Below, piece by piece: positions 1 to 8,633 of a stretch of 64,000 nt of DNA (position 1 is its first letter; each line of letters begins with the position of its first letter). The notes beneath the pieces are model-generated. The model searched no databases, had not been told where the DNA came from, and worked only from the letters and a program-made list of their open reading frames with translations. The translations under genes and the position numbers were made by a program. The DNA lies in assembly GCA_012719415.1 (NCBI GenBank), contig JAAYAK010000137.1:835-64834 (forward strand). The letters run 5' to 3'. The stretch comes from Syntrophorhabdus sp. (GTDB lineage: Bacteria > Desulfobacterota > Syntrophorhabdia > Syntrophorhabdales > Syntrophorhabdaceae).

Positions 1-149
1 TCGTCCTTCTCTATGGCCTCGATGATCTCATAGACCTCTTCGAGCATGAAGGTTTTGAAGGCCGAGATCTTCTGCTTGCGGTCCCAGGGGCATCCCTCGT
101 CGCTTCTCAACCTCTCCATGAGCCATACAAGCCTGTCAAAGGATTCCAT
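1..149 (-). CDS. mazG: MazG-family nucleoside triphosphate pyrophosphohydrolase, first 49 codons only (gene runs off the left edge)
   Basis: My own minus-strand translation from the ATG at 149..147 reads MESFDRLVWLMERLRSDEGCPWDRKQKISAFKTFMLEEVYEIIEAIEKD. The GCPWD..Q and LEE.YE..EAI motifs are the MazG N-terminal signature. It is absent from the ORF track because it is too short in-window. It starts 2 nt after the waaA stop. Confidence 0.7.
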   Translation of the reverse strand, partial: MESFDRLVWLMERLRSDEGCPWDRKQKISAFKTFMLEEVYEIIEAIEKD

Positions 150-151
150 TC

Positions 152-1414
152 TCAGTCCGTTCTCCTGTTTCGAGGCCCGGCGAGGCCTTTTATGATCCTC
201 GCCGTTTCGTCCATGACGTGCTTCTGGTCGGCAATGATCGCGTAGCCGGCCCGCTGCACGGAATCGTACAGGTCATTGTCGGCAAGGAGCCTCATCACGG
301 TGCGGTGTATGTCGTCGGCCGTCTCAACGAGGAAGCCGGCCTTTCTTTCAAGGATGGAGGCGGCGATGTCATGGAAGTTCTCGGTGTGGGGGCCGAACAA
401 CACGGGCGTGCCCACGAAGAGAGGTTCGAGCATGTTCTGCCCCCCGTAGGGCGCAAGGGAACCGCCGACGAAGGCGGCCATGCTTCTCGCGTAGATCCCC
501 AGGAGGTCACCCACGGTATCGACGATCACGATATCGGCGCCGTCGTCTCCTTTGCCCTCTTTCATGCGGGAGTACCGGGCAGTCCTGAAGGTTTTTGAAA
601 ACTCCTCCTCGATCGCAGCGGCCAGGTGGAGTTCCCTGGGTGCTATGAATATCCTGTGATCGGGGAGATCGGACTTGAGGAGCTTGACCGCCCTGTATAC
701 CTCGGCAAGCTCCTTTTCCTTCACGCTGCCGATGACGATGGTCCTGTCTCGCGCTTCCCTGCCCGGGATGTCCTCCGGGACCGGCCGGTAATACTTGATG
801 TTCCCCGTGGTGAAAACGCGCTCCGGGGACATGCCGATGGAGATGAAACGCCGCCTGTGCTCCGCGGATTGAGCGACGACGGTGTCCACCGCCGCCAGGG
901 CCGATCTCATGAACACAGACAATCTCCGGTATGTGGCGAGGGTGCTGTCCGATATGCGGCCGTTGACGATGGCGACAGGGATGGCCCGCCTCCTGGCCTC
1001 CCAGATGAGGTTGGGCCAGATCTCCGTCTCCACGATGATGATGACCGAGGGTTTGTGATGGTCGAGAAAGCGGCGCACGGAGAAGCTAAGGTCGAAGGGA
1101 AGGGCGGCCACCCTTCTGCCTTCCCTGGCGCCTTCCTTTCTTTCAAGCATCTCCTGCGCGTAGGACGTGTTGGCGGTGAAGAGAAAGTCTGCCGGGCCAC
1201 CGTTCTTCGCGAGATAGTCGGCCATGCCTTCGGCGATGACGGCCTCTCCTATCGACGCGCCGTGGATCATGCACGATCCTGTTGCCGGTTTACCCTTAAC
1301 CCGCGGGAAAAGGCGTTCGCGAAAATTCTTCCTCATCTTCGCGTTGGCGAGGCCGATGACGATGAAGACGGGCAGGGCGCAGAGGGTGAGCAGATTATAG
1401 ATCACTTTCCACAT
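152..1414 (-). CDS. waaA: 3-deoxy-D-manno-octulosonic acid (Kdo) transferase
   Basis: 420 aa with an N-terminal TM helix. Motifs CMIHGASIGE, IVETEIWPNLI and GGSL..YGGQNMLEP are typical of GT30 KdtA/WaaA. It lies last in the lipid A cluster, and its ATG overlaps the restored DUF374 stop. Confidence 0.9.
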   Translation of the reverse strand: MWKVIYNLLTLCALPVFIVIGLANAKMRKNFRERLFPRVKGKPATGSCMIHGASIGEAVIAEGMADYLAKNGGPADFLFTANTSYAQEMLERKEGAREGRRVAALPFDLSFSVRRFLDHHKPSVIIIVETEIWPNLIWEARRRAIPVAIVNGRISDSTLATYRRLSVFMRSALAAVDTVVAQSAEHRRRFISIGMSPERVFTTGNIKYYRPVPEDIPGREARDRTIVIGSVKEKELAEVYRAVKLLKSDLPDHRIFIAPRELHLAAAIEEEFSKTFRTARYSRMKEGKGDDGADIVIVDTVGDLLGIYARSMAAFVGGSLAPYGGQNMLEPLFVGTPVLFGPHTENFHDIAASILERKAGFLVETADDIHRTVMRLLADNDLYDSVQRAGYAIIADQKHVMDETARIIKGLAGPRNRRTD

Positions 1415-2063
1415 GCCGCTTCTTCCGCTTTTTCGGTCAGTTGGATGAGTGTTGCCTCGAGCTTGAGGCGCGTTCTCTCGGTCTCTTCGGCGCTGAGGTC
1501 ACGTGCTACAGGGATAGGGTCTCCCCAGAGAAAGACAACCCGGGAGAAGGGGTAGGGGAGTATGAAGCGGTCCCAGGAATGAAAGGTTTTTTTTTACCCG
1601 CACCGTAGCTGACGGGGAGGAGTTCCTTGCCGGAGAGCCGTGCAAGCTCGACGATGCCTTTCTTCACGGTAAAGCGCGGCCCCTTGGGGCCGTCAGGGGT
1701 GATGGCGATATCGATGGTGTCCTTAAGGTCCTGGAGGATCTCCCTGAGCGAGGAGACGCTGCCCTTCCTGTAGGAACCCCGGACGGTGCCGATCCCGAAG
1801 TAATTCACTATCCTGGCAATGAACTCCCCGTCCCGGTGGCGGCTGATGAGAACCTTGCCCCCTCCGCCCTTCTTCGCGAAGGGCATCATGAGGAGCCTGC
1901 CGTGCCAGAAACAGACTATGTAGTTGCGGAGGTTCCCCCACGCGTCGTCGGGCGGCCGGTTCACGTGTTCGACGCGCAGTGTTAACCGCAGCGCCGTCAG
2001 GAACACGAATACCATGGGAGGCATGACGTGCAGCATCAGGAAGGATTTGATCCTCTTCTTCAT
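1402..2063 (-). CDS. DUF374-family lysophospholipid-acyltransferase-like protein, reading frame interrupted at a homopolymer
   Basis: The track ORF 1506..2063 (185 aa) has a DUF374-like body (CFWHGRLLMMPF, ISRHRDGE, ITPDGPKGP) but an aberrant Pro/Ser-rich tail after GAGKKK. Shifting frame at the T9 run (1587..1595, A9 on the coding strand) gives TFHSWDRFILPYPFSRVVFLWGDPIPVARDLSAEETERTRLKLEATLIQLTEKAEEAACGK. This is the expected family C-terminus, and its stop falls at 1402..1404, overlapping the waaA ATG. Confidence 0.75.
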
Positions 2064-3817
2064 CAGCGCTTCTTTCCCAGGGGGATGACCTTCTTGCGGG
2101 CCCCTTCACGGAACTGGATCTCGTAGAGCTTCCTGTAGGGTCCTTCCTGCTCGATGAGCGAGCCGTGAGTGCCTTCCTGGACTATCATACCCTTGTCGAT
2201 GACGATGATACGGTGGGCATTGATGATCGTCGAGAGCCTGTGGGCGATGATGATCGTCGTCCTGCCCTTCATCAGGTTCTCGAGGGCCTTCTGGACCTCT
2301 ATTTCCGATTGGGCGTCGAGGGAGCTCGTCGCTTCGTCGAGGATGAGGATGGGGGCGTTCTTGTAAAGCGCCCTGGCTATGGCGATGCGCTGTTTCTGGC
2401 CGCCGGAGAGACGGACCCCTTTCTCGCCGACGACGGTGTCGTATCCTTTTGGAAGCTTGAGGATGAAATCATGGGCGAAGGCCATCCTGGTCGCGGCGTA
2501 GAGCTGCTCTTCATCGGGCTCGACGCCGTAGGCTATGTTGCTCCGTATCGTATCGTTGAAGAGGATGACGTCCTGCGTAACGAGGGCGATGTTCTTTCGG
2601 AGGGAATCGAGGGTGACGTCGCGGATATCGGTGCCGTCGACCCTGATGAGACCCTCGGTGACGTCGTAGAACCGGGGGATCAGGTTGACAAGGGTCGTCT
2701 TTCCCACTCCGCTCTTGCCGACGACGGCGATCACCTCGTTCCTCTCGATCCGGAGGCTCACGTGGTTGAGGACCATCTTCTCGTCGTACCGGAAGGAGAT
2801 GTCCTCGAAGTCTATGACGCCTTCGACCTTCTCGAGCGGGGCGGCGTCCGGCCTCTCCATCACCTCCGGCTGCCTGTCGATGATCTCAAAGACGCGCTGA
2901 CTGGCGGCGAGGCCCTGCTGGACGTTGTGGTTCTCCTTGTTGATCTTTTTGATGGGTTCATAGAGCATGATGAGGGATGCCATGAAGGCGAAGAAGGTGC
3001 CGGGGGTGGAATTTCCCAGGATGACTTCCCTGCCGCCGTACCAGATGACGACACCGACGGCAACCCCGCCGATGACCTCCATCACGGGATGGGACAGTGC
3101 CCGGATCTTCGTGCGTTTCATGGATATCCTGAAGAGCGTTTCGTTCTCCGCCGTGAACCTCTTGTTCTCGTACTCCTCCATGGAGAAGGCCTTGACGATC
3201 CTCTGGCCGGTGATGGTCTCATGGAGAAAACTGGTGAGCCGCGCGAGGTATTGCTGGATATTGAGCCCTATCTTCCTGAGCTTTTTGCCGAAGGCGACGA
3301 TGGGATAGATGGAGAAGGGCAGGATAAGGAAGGCGATGAGCGTCAGCTTCCACTCCATGCGGAAGGCCACAATGACGAGACCGATGATCGTGAAGGCATC
3401 CTTGAGGACCGCCGCAACGGAATCGGAGACGGTGCTCTGGACAAGGGAGACATCGTTCACTATCCGGGAGATGTTGGAGCCCGTGGGCGTCTTGTCGAAA
3501 AAGGAGAGGGGCTGCTTCTGCATGTTGTAGAAGACGAGGTTCCTGATGTCGGTGACCACCCTCTGTCCGACATAGCCCATGAAATAACCCTGAACATACT
3601 CGAAGGCGCCCTTGATCAGAAAGAGAAGGATGACGGCGCCGGGCATGATGTAAAGCTTCGTCATGTCCTTCTCGAAGAATATGGAGTCGAGGACGGGCTT
3701 GACGAGGTAGGCGCTGAAGCTCTGGGCGCCGGAGCACAGCGACATGAAGATCATGGCAATGATAAGCTTTGTCTTATAGGGGTACGCGAATCTCAGCAGT
3801 CTCAGGTAGAGGTTCAT
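2063..3817 (-). CDS. msbA: Lipid A export ABC transporter, fused permease/ATPase
   Basis: 584 aa. The N-terminal half has six TM helices. Walker A is GKSGVGKTT, the ABC signature is LSGGQKQR and Walker B is ILILDEATS. It sits between lpxB and DUF374/waaA, as in many lipid A clusters. Confidence 0.9.
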   Translation of the reverse strand: MNLYLRLLRFAYPYKTKLIIAMIFMSLCSGAQSFSAYLVKPVLDSIFFEKDMTKLYIMPGAVILLFLIKGAFEYVQGYFMGYVGQRVVTDIRNLVFYNMQKQPLSFFDKTPTGSNISRIVNDVSLVQSTVSDSVAAVLKDAFTIIGLVIVAFRMEWKLTLIAFLILPFSIYPIVAFGKKLRKIGLNIQQYLARLTSFLHETITGQRIVKAFSMEEYENKRFTAENETLFRISMKRTKIRALSHPVMEVIGGVAVGVVIWYGGREVILGNSTPGTFFAFMASLIMLYEPIKKINKENHNVQQGLAASQRVFEIIDRQPEVMERPDAAPLEKVEGVIDFEDISFRYDEKMVLNHVSLRIERNEVIAVVGKSGVGKTTLVNLIPRFYDVTEGLIRVDGTDIRDVTLDSLRKNIALVTQDVILFNDTIRSNIAYGVEPDEEQLYAATRMAFAHDFILKLPKGYDTVVGEKGVRLSGGQKQRIAIARALYKNAPILILDEATSSLDAQSEIEVQKALENLMKGRTTIIIAHRLSTIINAHRIIVIDKGMIVQEGTHGSLIEQEGPYRKLYEIQFREGARKKVIPLGKKR

Positions 3818-4956
3818 GTTCTCTCGAAAAAGTGCAATATCGCGTTGGCGGCCAACCGGTAGGAATCCTCTTTCTTGAGTTTATCGACGATCGATCCCAG
3901 TTCGCCCGCAACGCTCTGTCTTCCTTTATCTATCATAGAAAGAACCTTCCTGGCAATGGTTTCAGGGTCGAGGCGCTGAATGAACTCGGGAAAGACCTCC
4001 TTGCCGGCAATGATGTTGGGAAGGCCAATGAAGTCGACGTGGACGATGAGGCGCGCGATGGAGTAGGAGAGCCAGGATATGCGGTAGATGATGGCGGTGG
4101 GTGTCTTGAGAAGGGCCGCCTCCAGGGTCGCGCTGCCGGAGGCCACCACGGCCGCGTCGCAATATGCCAGGGCGTCATGAGAATTCCCCTTCAGGACCGT
4201 GATACCGTGGTCGCCCTGAAGAAAGGGCCTGACATCCGTTTCGTCGATATTGTCCGCGAGGGGCAAAAGGACGGTGAGACCGGGGATGCTCCGGCGCATG
4301 ATGCCCGCCGTCTCCATGAGGACGGGCATGTGCCGTCTTATCTCGTTCCGTCTGCTTCCAGGCATGACGGTGACGATCGGCTTGTCCCCGCGGACCCCCG
4401 TTCTCGTGAGGAACTCGCGACGGGTGAGCGACGGCCGCACGGTCTCGGCAAAAGGGTGGCCGACGTAGACCGCCGGGACCCCCGCCTTCGCGTACAGGTC
4501 TTCCTCGAAGGGAAGGATGCAGATGACCATGTCGACGCACTTCCGGATGTTCCTGAGGCGCCCCTTCTTCCAGGCCCAGACCTGGGGCGGGATGAAGTAT
4601 GCCACGGGCACGCCGAGAGACCGGGCGAAGGCGGCGATCCTCATGTTGAACCCCGGGAAATCGACGAGGACGACGAGATCCGGCCGCTCCTGCCTGATAT
4701 GGGTCTTGACGGTGTCGAAGGCCCTCCGGATATTTCCCGCGTGGGAGAGCACCTCGCTGAGTCCCGTCACGGAGATGTCCCGGTAATCCCGGACAACCGT
4801 GACGCCGGCCGCGGCGAGTCTTTCGGACCCCATGGCGGTTATGCGCAGGCCTTCCGTTTTGTTGAGGGATTCGACGAGATGACAGGCGTGGGTTTCCCCG
4901 GACAGCTCGCCCGTCGATATGAATATCTTCCTATCGATGGCGTGTACCCTGTCCAC
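3814..4956 (-). CDS. lpxB: Lipid-A-disaccharide synthase
   Basis: 380 aa. The N-terminal IFISTGELSGE motif and overall GT19 layout fit LpxB. There is a 4-nt overlap with msbA. Confidence 0.9.
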   Translation of the reverse strand: MDRVHAIDRKIFISTGELSGETHACHLVESLNKTEGLRITAMGSERLAAAGVTVVRDYRDISVTGLSEVLSHAGNIRRAFDTVKTHIRQERPDLVVLVDFPGFNMRIAAFARSLGVPVAYFIPPQVWAWKKGRLRNIRKCVDMVICILPFEEDLYAKAGVPAVYVGHPFAETVRPSLTRREFLTRTGVRGDKPIVTVMPGSRRNEIRRHMPVLMETAGIMRRSIPGLTVLLPLADNIDETDVRPFLQGDHGITVLKGNSHDALAYCDAAVVASGSATLEAALLKTPTAIIYRISWLSYSIARLIVHVDFIGLPNIIAGKEVFPEFIQRLDPETIARKVLSMIDKGRQSVAGELGSIVDKLKKEDSYRLAANAILHFFERT

Positions 4957-5866
4957 CCGCTATGCAGTCCTGGATCCTGCTCGCGAGCTCGAGCGCCCTG
5001 AGGCCGTCCGCTCCGCTGACGCTGGGGGACGAATTGCCCCCCACGGCCGCTACGAACTCGATGAGCTCGTCCCTGACGGGGTCCATCTGCGGGGCGGAAT
5101 ACTCCGTTGTGTCAGCCTGTTCCCCTTCCTTTCTGAGGATGCCCGTGAGCTTCCCCTGCATCAGGTCAAGGGAGAAGTACCTGTCCTCTTCGTAGATGGT
5201 CAGGGAGCGCTCGCGGAACGTCGAGACCCTGCTTGCCGTGATGTTTGCCACGCACCCGCCGGTGAATTCGATACGGGCGCTGGCGACGTCGGAGAGGTTC
5301 GTGAAGAAGGGGACGCCCTCGGCCCTGACGTCGGCAACCTCTTCGCCGACGAGGGACAGGACAAGATCGATGTCGTGGATCATGAGGTCGAGGACGACAT
5401 CGACGTCGGTGGACCTGCCCGTGAAGGGACCGATCCTGCGGGCCTCGATGAACCGCGGCCTTCGAACGAGGGGCAGCGCCTGCCTGAGCGCGGGGTTCAA
5501 CCTTTCGAGATGGCCCACCTGGAGGACGAGTCCCCGCGCGCTTGCCATGTCGACGAGTTCCCGCGCCTCTTCCGGGAGCACGGTGATTGGCTTCTCCAGG
5601 AAGACATGGATGCCCCGTTCGAGACACGCCTTGGCTATGGCGTAGTGGGACTCGGTGGGTGTGGCGATGACGGCGCAGGCCGCGTCGGGCAGCGCATCGG
5701 AATAACGGGAGAACGATGGTACCCTGTATTTTCCGGCATATTCGCCGACGAGAGCGTCATCGACATCCACAACACCGCACACGCGGACGTCCTCGAAGGA
5801 GCAGAGCTTGCCGAGATGGATCCGGCCCATGTGTCCGAGACCGATGAGGGCGACATTTACCGGCAT
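4931..5866 (-). CDS. Gfo/Idh/MocA-family NAD(P)-dependent oxidoreductase embedded in the lpx cluster
   Basis: 311 aa. Rossmann start VALIGLGHMGRIH and the family EKP motif (VFLEKPIT). It overlaps both lpxA (10 nt) and lpxB (26 nt). Confidence 0.85.
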   Translation of the reverse strand: MPVNVALIGLGHMGRIHLGKLCSFEDVRVCGVVDVDDALVGEYAGKYRVPSFSRYSDALPDAACAVIATPTESHYAIAKACLERGIHVFLEKPITVLPEEARELVDMASARGLVLQVGHLERLNPALRQALPLVRRPRFIEARRIGPFTGRSTDVDVVLDLMIHDIDLVLSLVGEEVADVRAEGVPFFTNLSDVASARIEFTGGCVANITASRVSTFRERSLTIYEEDRYFSLDLMQGKLTGILRKEGEQADTTEYSAPQMDPVRDELIEFVAAVGGNSSPSVSGADGLRALELASRIQDCIAGGQGTRHR

Positions 5867-6639
5867 ATTCCCCTCGTTGACGATTCTATGAACTCGATGA
5901 GATACCCGATGTTGTCCCCGTCCAGTTCCTCCCGGATGATCTTGAGGGATGTCTTGAGAGGGAGAGCGGACCTGAAGAGAATGCGGTATGCCTTCTTCAG
6001 TTTCACTATCTCTTCCTTGGGGAAATTGCGCCTTTCGAGGCCCACGAGATTAAGACCGTAGAGCTTTGCCCTGTCACCGGCGGCAATGACGAAAGGGGGC
6101 ACGTCCTTGGGAATCCCCGTGAGGCCGCTGATGAACGCGTACTTGCCGACCCTGCAGAATTGGTGGACGGCGCAGAGGCCGCTGAAGATGACGAAATCCG
6201 AGACCTCCACATGGCCCGCCAGGGTCGCCCCGTTCGCCATGATGATATTGTTCCCCACCTTGCAGTCATGGGCGATGTGGGCGTACGCCATGATGAAGTT
6301 GTTGTCCCCCACCTCGGTGACGCCGCCTCCCTTCATGGTTCCCCGGTTGATGGTGACGTATTCCTTTATGGTGTTGTTCCGGCCTATGACCACCCGGGTG
6401 GGCTCGTACTTGTACCCGATGTCCTGGGGAGGCCCCCCGATGGACGCGAAAGGGCTCACGGTGCAGCCTTCGCCTATGAACGTGTTCCCCTGAACGACGA
6501 CGTGGCTTTCAAGTCGGCTGCCCGCCCCGATCCGCACGCCCCCTTCCACTATGCAATAGGGGCCGATCTGTACGTCCTCTGCGATCTCGGCTTTGTTGTC
6601 GACGATGGCGGTTTGATGTATCACGTGGATCTCCCTCAC
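5857..6639 (-). CDS. lpxA: Acyl-ACP--UDP-N-acetylglucosamine O-acyltransferase
   Basis: 260 aa. Left-handed beta-helix hexapeptide repeats are followed by the helical C-terminal domain. Typical IHQTAIV start and [10 protein letters not shown] motif. Confidence 0.92.
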   Translation of the reverse strand: MREIHVIHQTAIVDNKAEIAEDVQIGPYCIVEGGVRIGAGSRLESHVVVQGNTFIGEGCTVSPFASIGGPPQDIGYKYEPTRVVIGRNNTIKEYVTINRGTMKGGGVTEVGDNNFIMAYAHIAHDCKVGNNIIMANGATLAGHVEVSDFVIFSGLCAVHQFCRVGKYAFISGLTGIPKDVPPFVIAAGDRAKLYGLNLVGLERRNFPKEEIVKLKKAYRILFRSALPLKTSLKIIREELDGDNIGYLIEFIESSTRGICR

Positions 6640-7064
6640 TCCTGTTTGAGCATTGCCATTATGCGTGCCTCGGCCACGACGTCGTCCCCGACGAAGGCCT
6701 TCGCATCGAATACCCAGATCTCCCGTCTGTGCTTCACGACGTCGACCACGAACCTGAGCTGGTCCCCGGGAACCACCGGTTTGCGGAAGCGTGCCTCGTC
6801 GATGCCGGTAAAGAAGACGGAACCCTTCATACCGGGGAAGGACTTGAAGGCAAGGACGCCGCCTGCCTGTGCCATCGCTTCCAGGATGAGAACGCCGGGC
6901 ATGATGGGCCTTCCCGGGAAATGACCCTGAAAGAAAGGCTCGTTGATGGTCACATTCTTTATGGCGACTATCCTCTTCGTCTCCTCGAATTCGATGACAC
7001 GGTCCACGAGGAGAAAGGGATATCTGTGGGGCATCAGGCTCAGTATCTCATTTATGTCGACCAT
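6636..7064 (-). CDS. fabZ: 3-hydroxyacyl-ACP dehydratase
   Basis: Motifs [14 protein letters not shown] and [23 protein letters not shown]. The track ORF starts at 7112, but the internal ATG at 7064 (MVDINEIL) is preceded by a GGAGG Shine-Dalgarno and removes a non-conserved basic leader. Confidence 0.92.
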   Translation of the reverse strand: MVDINEILSLMPHRYPFLLVDRVIEFEETKRIVAIKNVTINEPFFQGHFPGRPIMPGVLILEAMAQAGGVLAFKSFPGMKGSVFFTGIDEARFRKPVVPGDQLRFVVDVVKHRREIWVFDAKAFVGDDVVAEARIMAMLKQE

Positions 7065-8088
7065 CGTCTTCCTCCGGTGAGAGTCGCTTTTCCAGCTCCC
7101 TGATCTTTTCAAAAAGGGCGGGGAGCTTCTTTATGTACATCTGGAGTCTCATGTATTCCTTGTGGGGCATGTGCGGGGTCCCCCATATGAGGGACCCGGC
7201 GGGAACGTCCTTCGTGATGCCCGTTCGTCCCCCGGCCATGACCTGGTCGCCCACGCTGACGTGGTCCTTGACCCCCGTTTGACCGGCAAGGACGACATTG
7301 TTCCCTATGCGCGCGCTGCCCGCTATACCGACCTGGGAGACGATGATGGAATTCTGTCCTATCGTAACGTTGTGGGCGACCTGAACCAGGTTGTCGATCT
7401 TGGTCCCCCTGCCCACCACCGTGGCGTCGAGCGCGGCACGGTCAATGTCGGTGTTCGCCCCGATCTCGACATCGTCCTCGATGATGACGGAACCGACCTG
7501 GGGGATCTTCGCGTGTCTCTTGCCGTCCCAGGTGTAGCTGAACCCGTCGGCGGCTATGACCGTGTTCGCGTGGATGATGACATTTCTCCCCACCGTCGTG
7601 TCCCGGTAGATGGTGACATGGGGGTATATGGTGCTGCCCTCGCCGACGGTGACGTTGGGGCCGATGTAGCAGAAAGGATAGACCACCACCCTCTCCCCGA
7701 TCTTCGCCTGACCCTCTATGCAGGCGAAGGGACCGACGGAAGCACTGGGGGCGACCTCGGCCTCGGGGCTCACGGCGGCTCGCGGGTCGATGCCGGCGGG
7801 CGGGGAGGGTTCCTTCCTAAACATGCCCACGACCTCTATGTACGCGAGGTCGGGATTGTCAACAACGACAACGTTCATTCCCCGGACGTCTTCAAGGGGT
7901 GTTTTCTTACCGATGATAACGGCGGAGGCGCTGCACCCGGCGACATACTTGATGTAGCTCGCGTGGGAGAGAAAGGTGATCTGCCCTTCCCGGGCGCTCT
8001 GAATGCCGGCAATGCCGTCGATCGGGATATCCCCGTCACCAATCAGATCTCCCTTGACCGCGGCAGCGATATCCCTCAGCCTGACCAT
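7048..8088 (-). CDS. lpxD: UDP-3-O-acylglucosamine N-acyltransferase
   Basis: 346 aa. N-terminal uridine-binding-type domain, long hexapeptide-repeat core and C-terminal helix. Conserved lpxD-fabZ-lpxA order. Confidence 0.92.
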   Translation of the reverse strand: MVRLRDIAAAVKGDLIGDGDIPIDGIAGIQSAREGQITFLSHASYIKYVAGCSASAVIIGKKTPLEDVRGMNVVVVDNPDLAYIEVVGMFRKEPSPPAGIDPRAAVSPEAEVAPSASVGPFACIEGQAKIGERVVVYPFCYIGPNVTVGEGSTIYPHVTIYRDTTVGRNVIIHANTVIAADGFSYTWDGKRHAKIPQVGSVIIEDDVEIGANTDIDRAALDATVVGRGTKIDNLVQVAHNVTIGQNSIIVSQVGIAGSARIGNNVVLAGQTGVKDHVSVGDQVMAGGRTGITKDVPAGSLIWGTPHMPHKEYMRLQMYIKKLPALFEKIRELEKRLSPEEDDGRHK

Positions 8089-8621
8089 TACTTGACAGGT
8101 TTCTTTTTGGCCGCCTCGTTGAAGAGTGTAATGACCTTGCCCGTGATGTCTATGGCGGGGGTGGCGTAAAGGATGCCGGCCTGGCTCTTTTCGAGTATGA
8201 GGGAGTACTTCTCCTTCTCACCGAGGGCGCGCACCACCTCTTCGACCTCCTTGAGGACCCTCTGGGTGTATTCCATGTCCTTCTGCTGGAGTTCGGTCTG
8301 GTAGTCGTTGTACAGCCTCTGGTAATCCTTGAGCTTTGCCTGGTACTGTTTCTCCTTGTCGGCCCTGGCTTCCGGCGTGATGGTGGCGCCCTGCTTCTCA
8401 AAGGCGTCCTTGAGCCTCTGGAGTTCGGCCTGCCTGCCATCGAGGTTCTTCTTCAGCCTCTCGGCATCCTGTGTGAGAATGGCCCGTATCTGTTTGCCCT
8501 GATCCGATTCAAGCATGACTTTTTGCAGGTCTATGTACGCGACGCTGACCGACTGGCTCATCGCCGCAAGGGGTGTCAAAAGAACGGCTACGACAAAAAA
8601 GACCGTGATAAAGCGTTTCAT
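8088..8621 (-). CDS. skp: Periplasmic chaperone Skp/OmpH
   Basis: 177 aa. Signal peptide ([22 protein letters not shown]) followed by a K/E/Q-rich coiled-coil body. Canonical position between bamA and lpxD. Confidence 0.8.
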   Translation of the reverse strand: MKRFITVFFVVAVLLTPLAAMSQSVSVAYIDLQKVMLESDQGKQIRAILTQDAERLKKNLDGRQAELQRLKDAFEKQGATITPEARADKEKQYQAKLKDYQRLYNDYQTELQQKDMEYTQRVLKEVEEVVRALGEKEKYSLILEKSQAGILYATPAIDITGKVITLFNEAAKKKPVK

Positions 8622-8633
8622 AAAACCTCCTGA

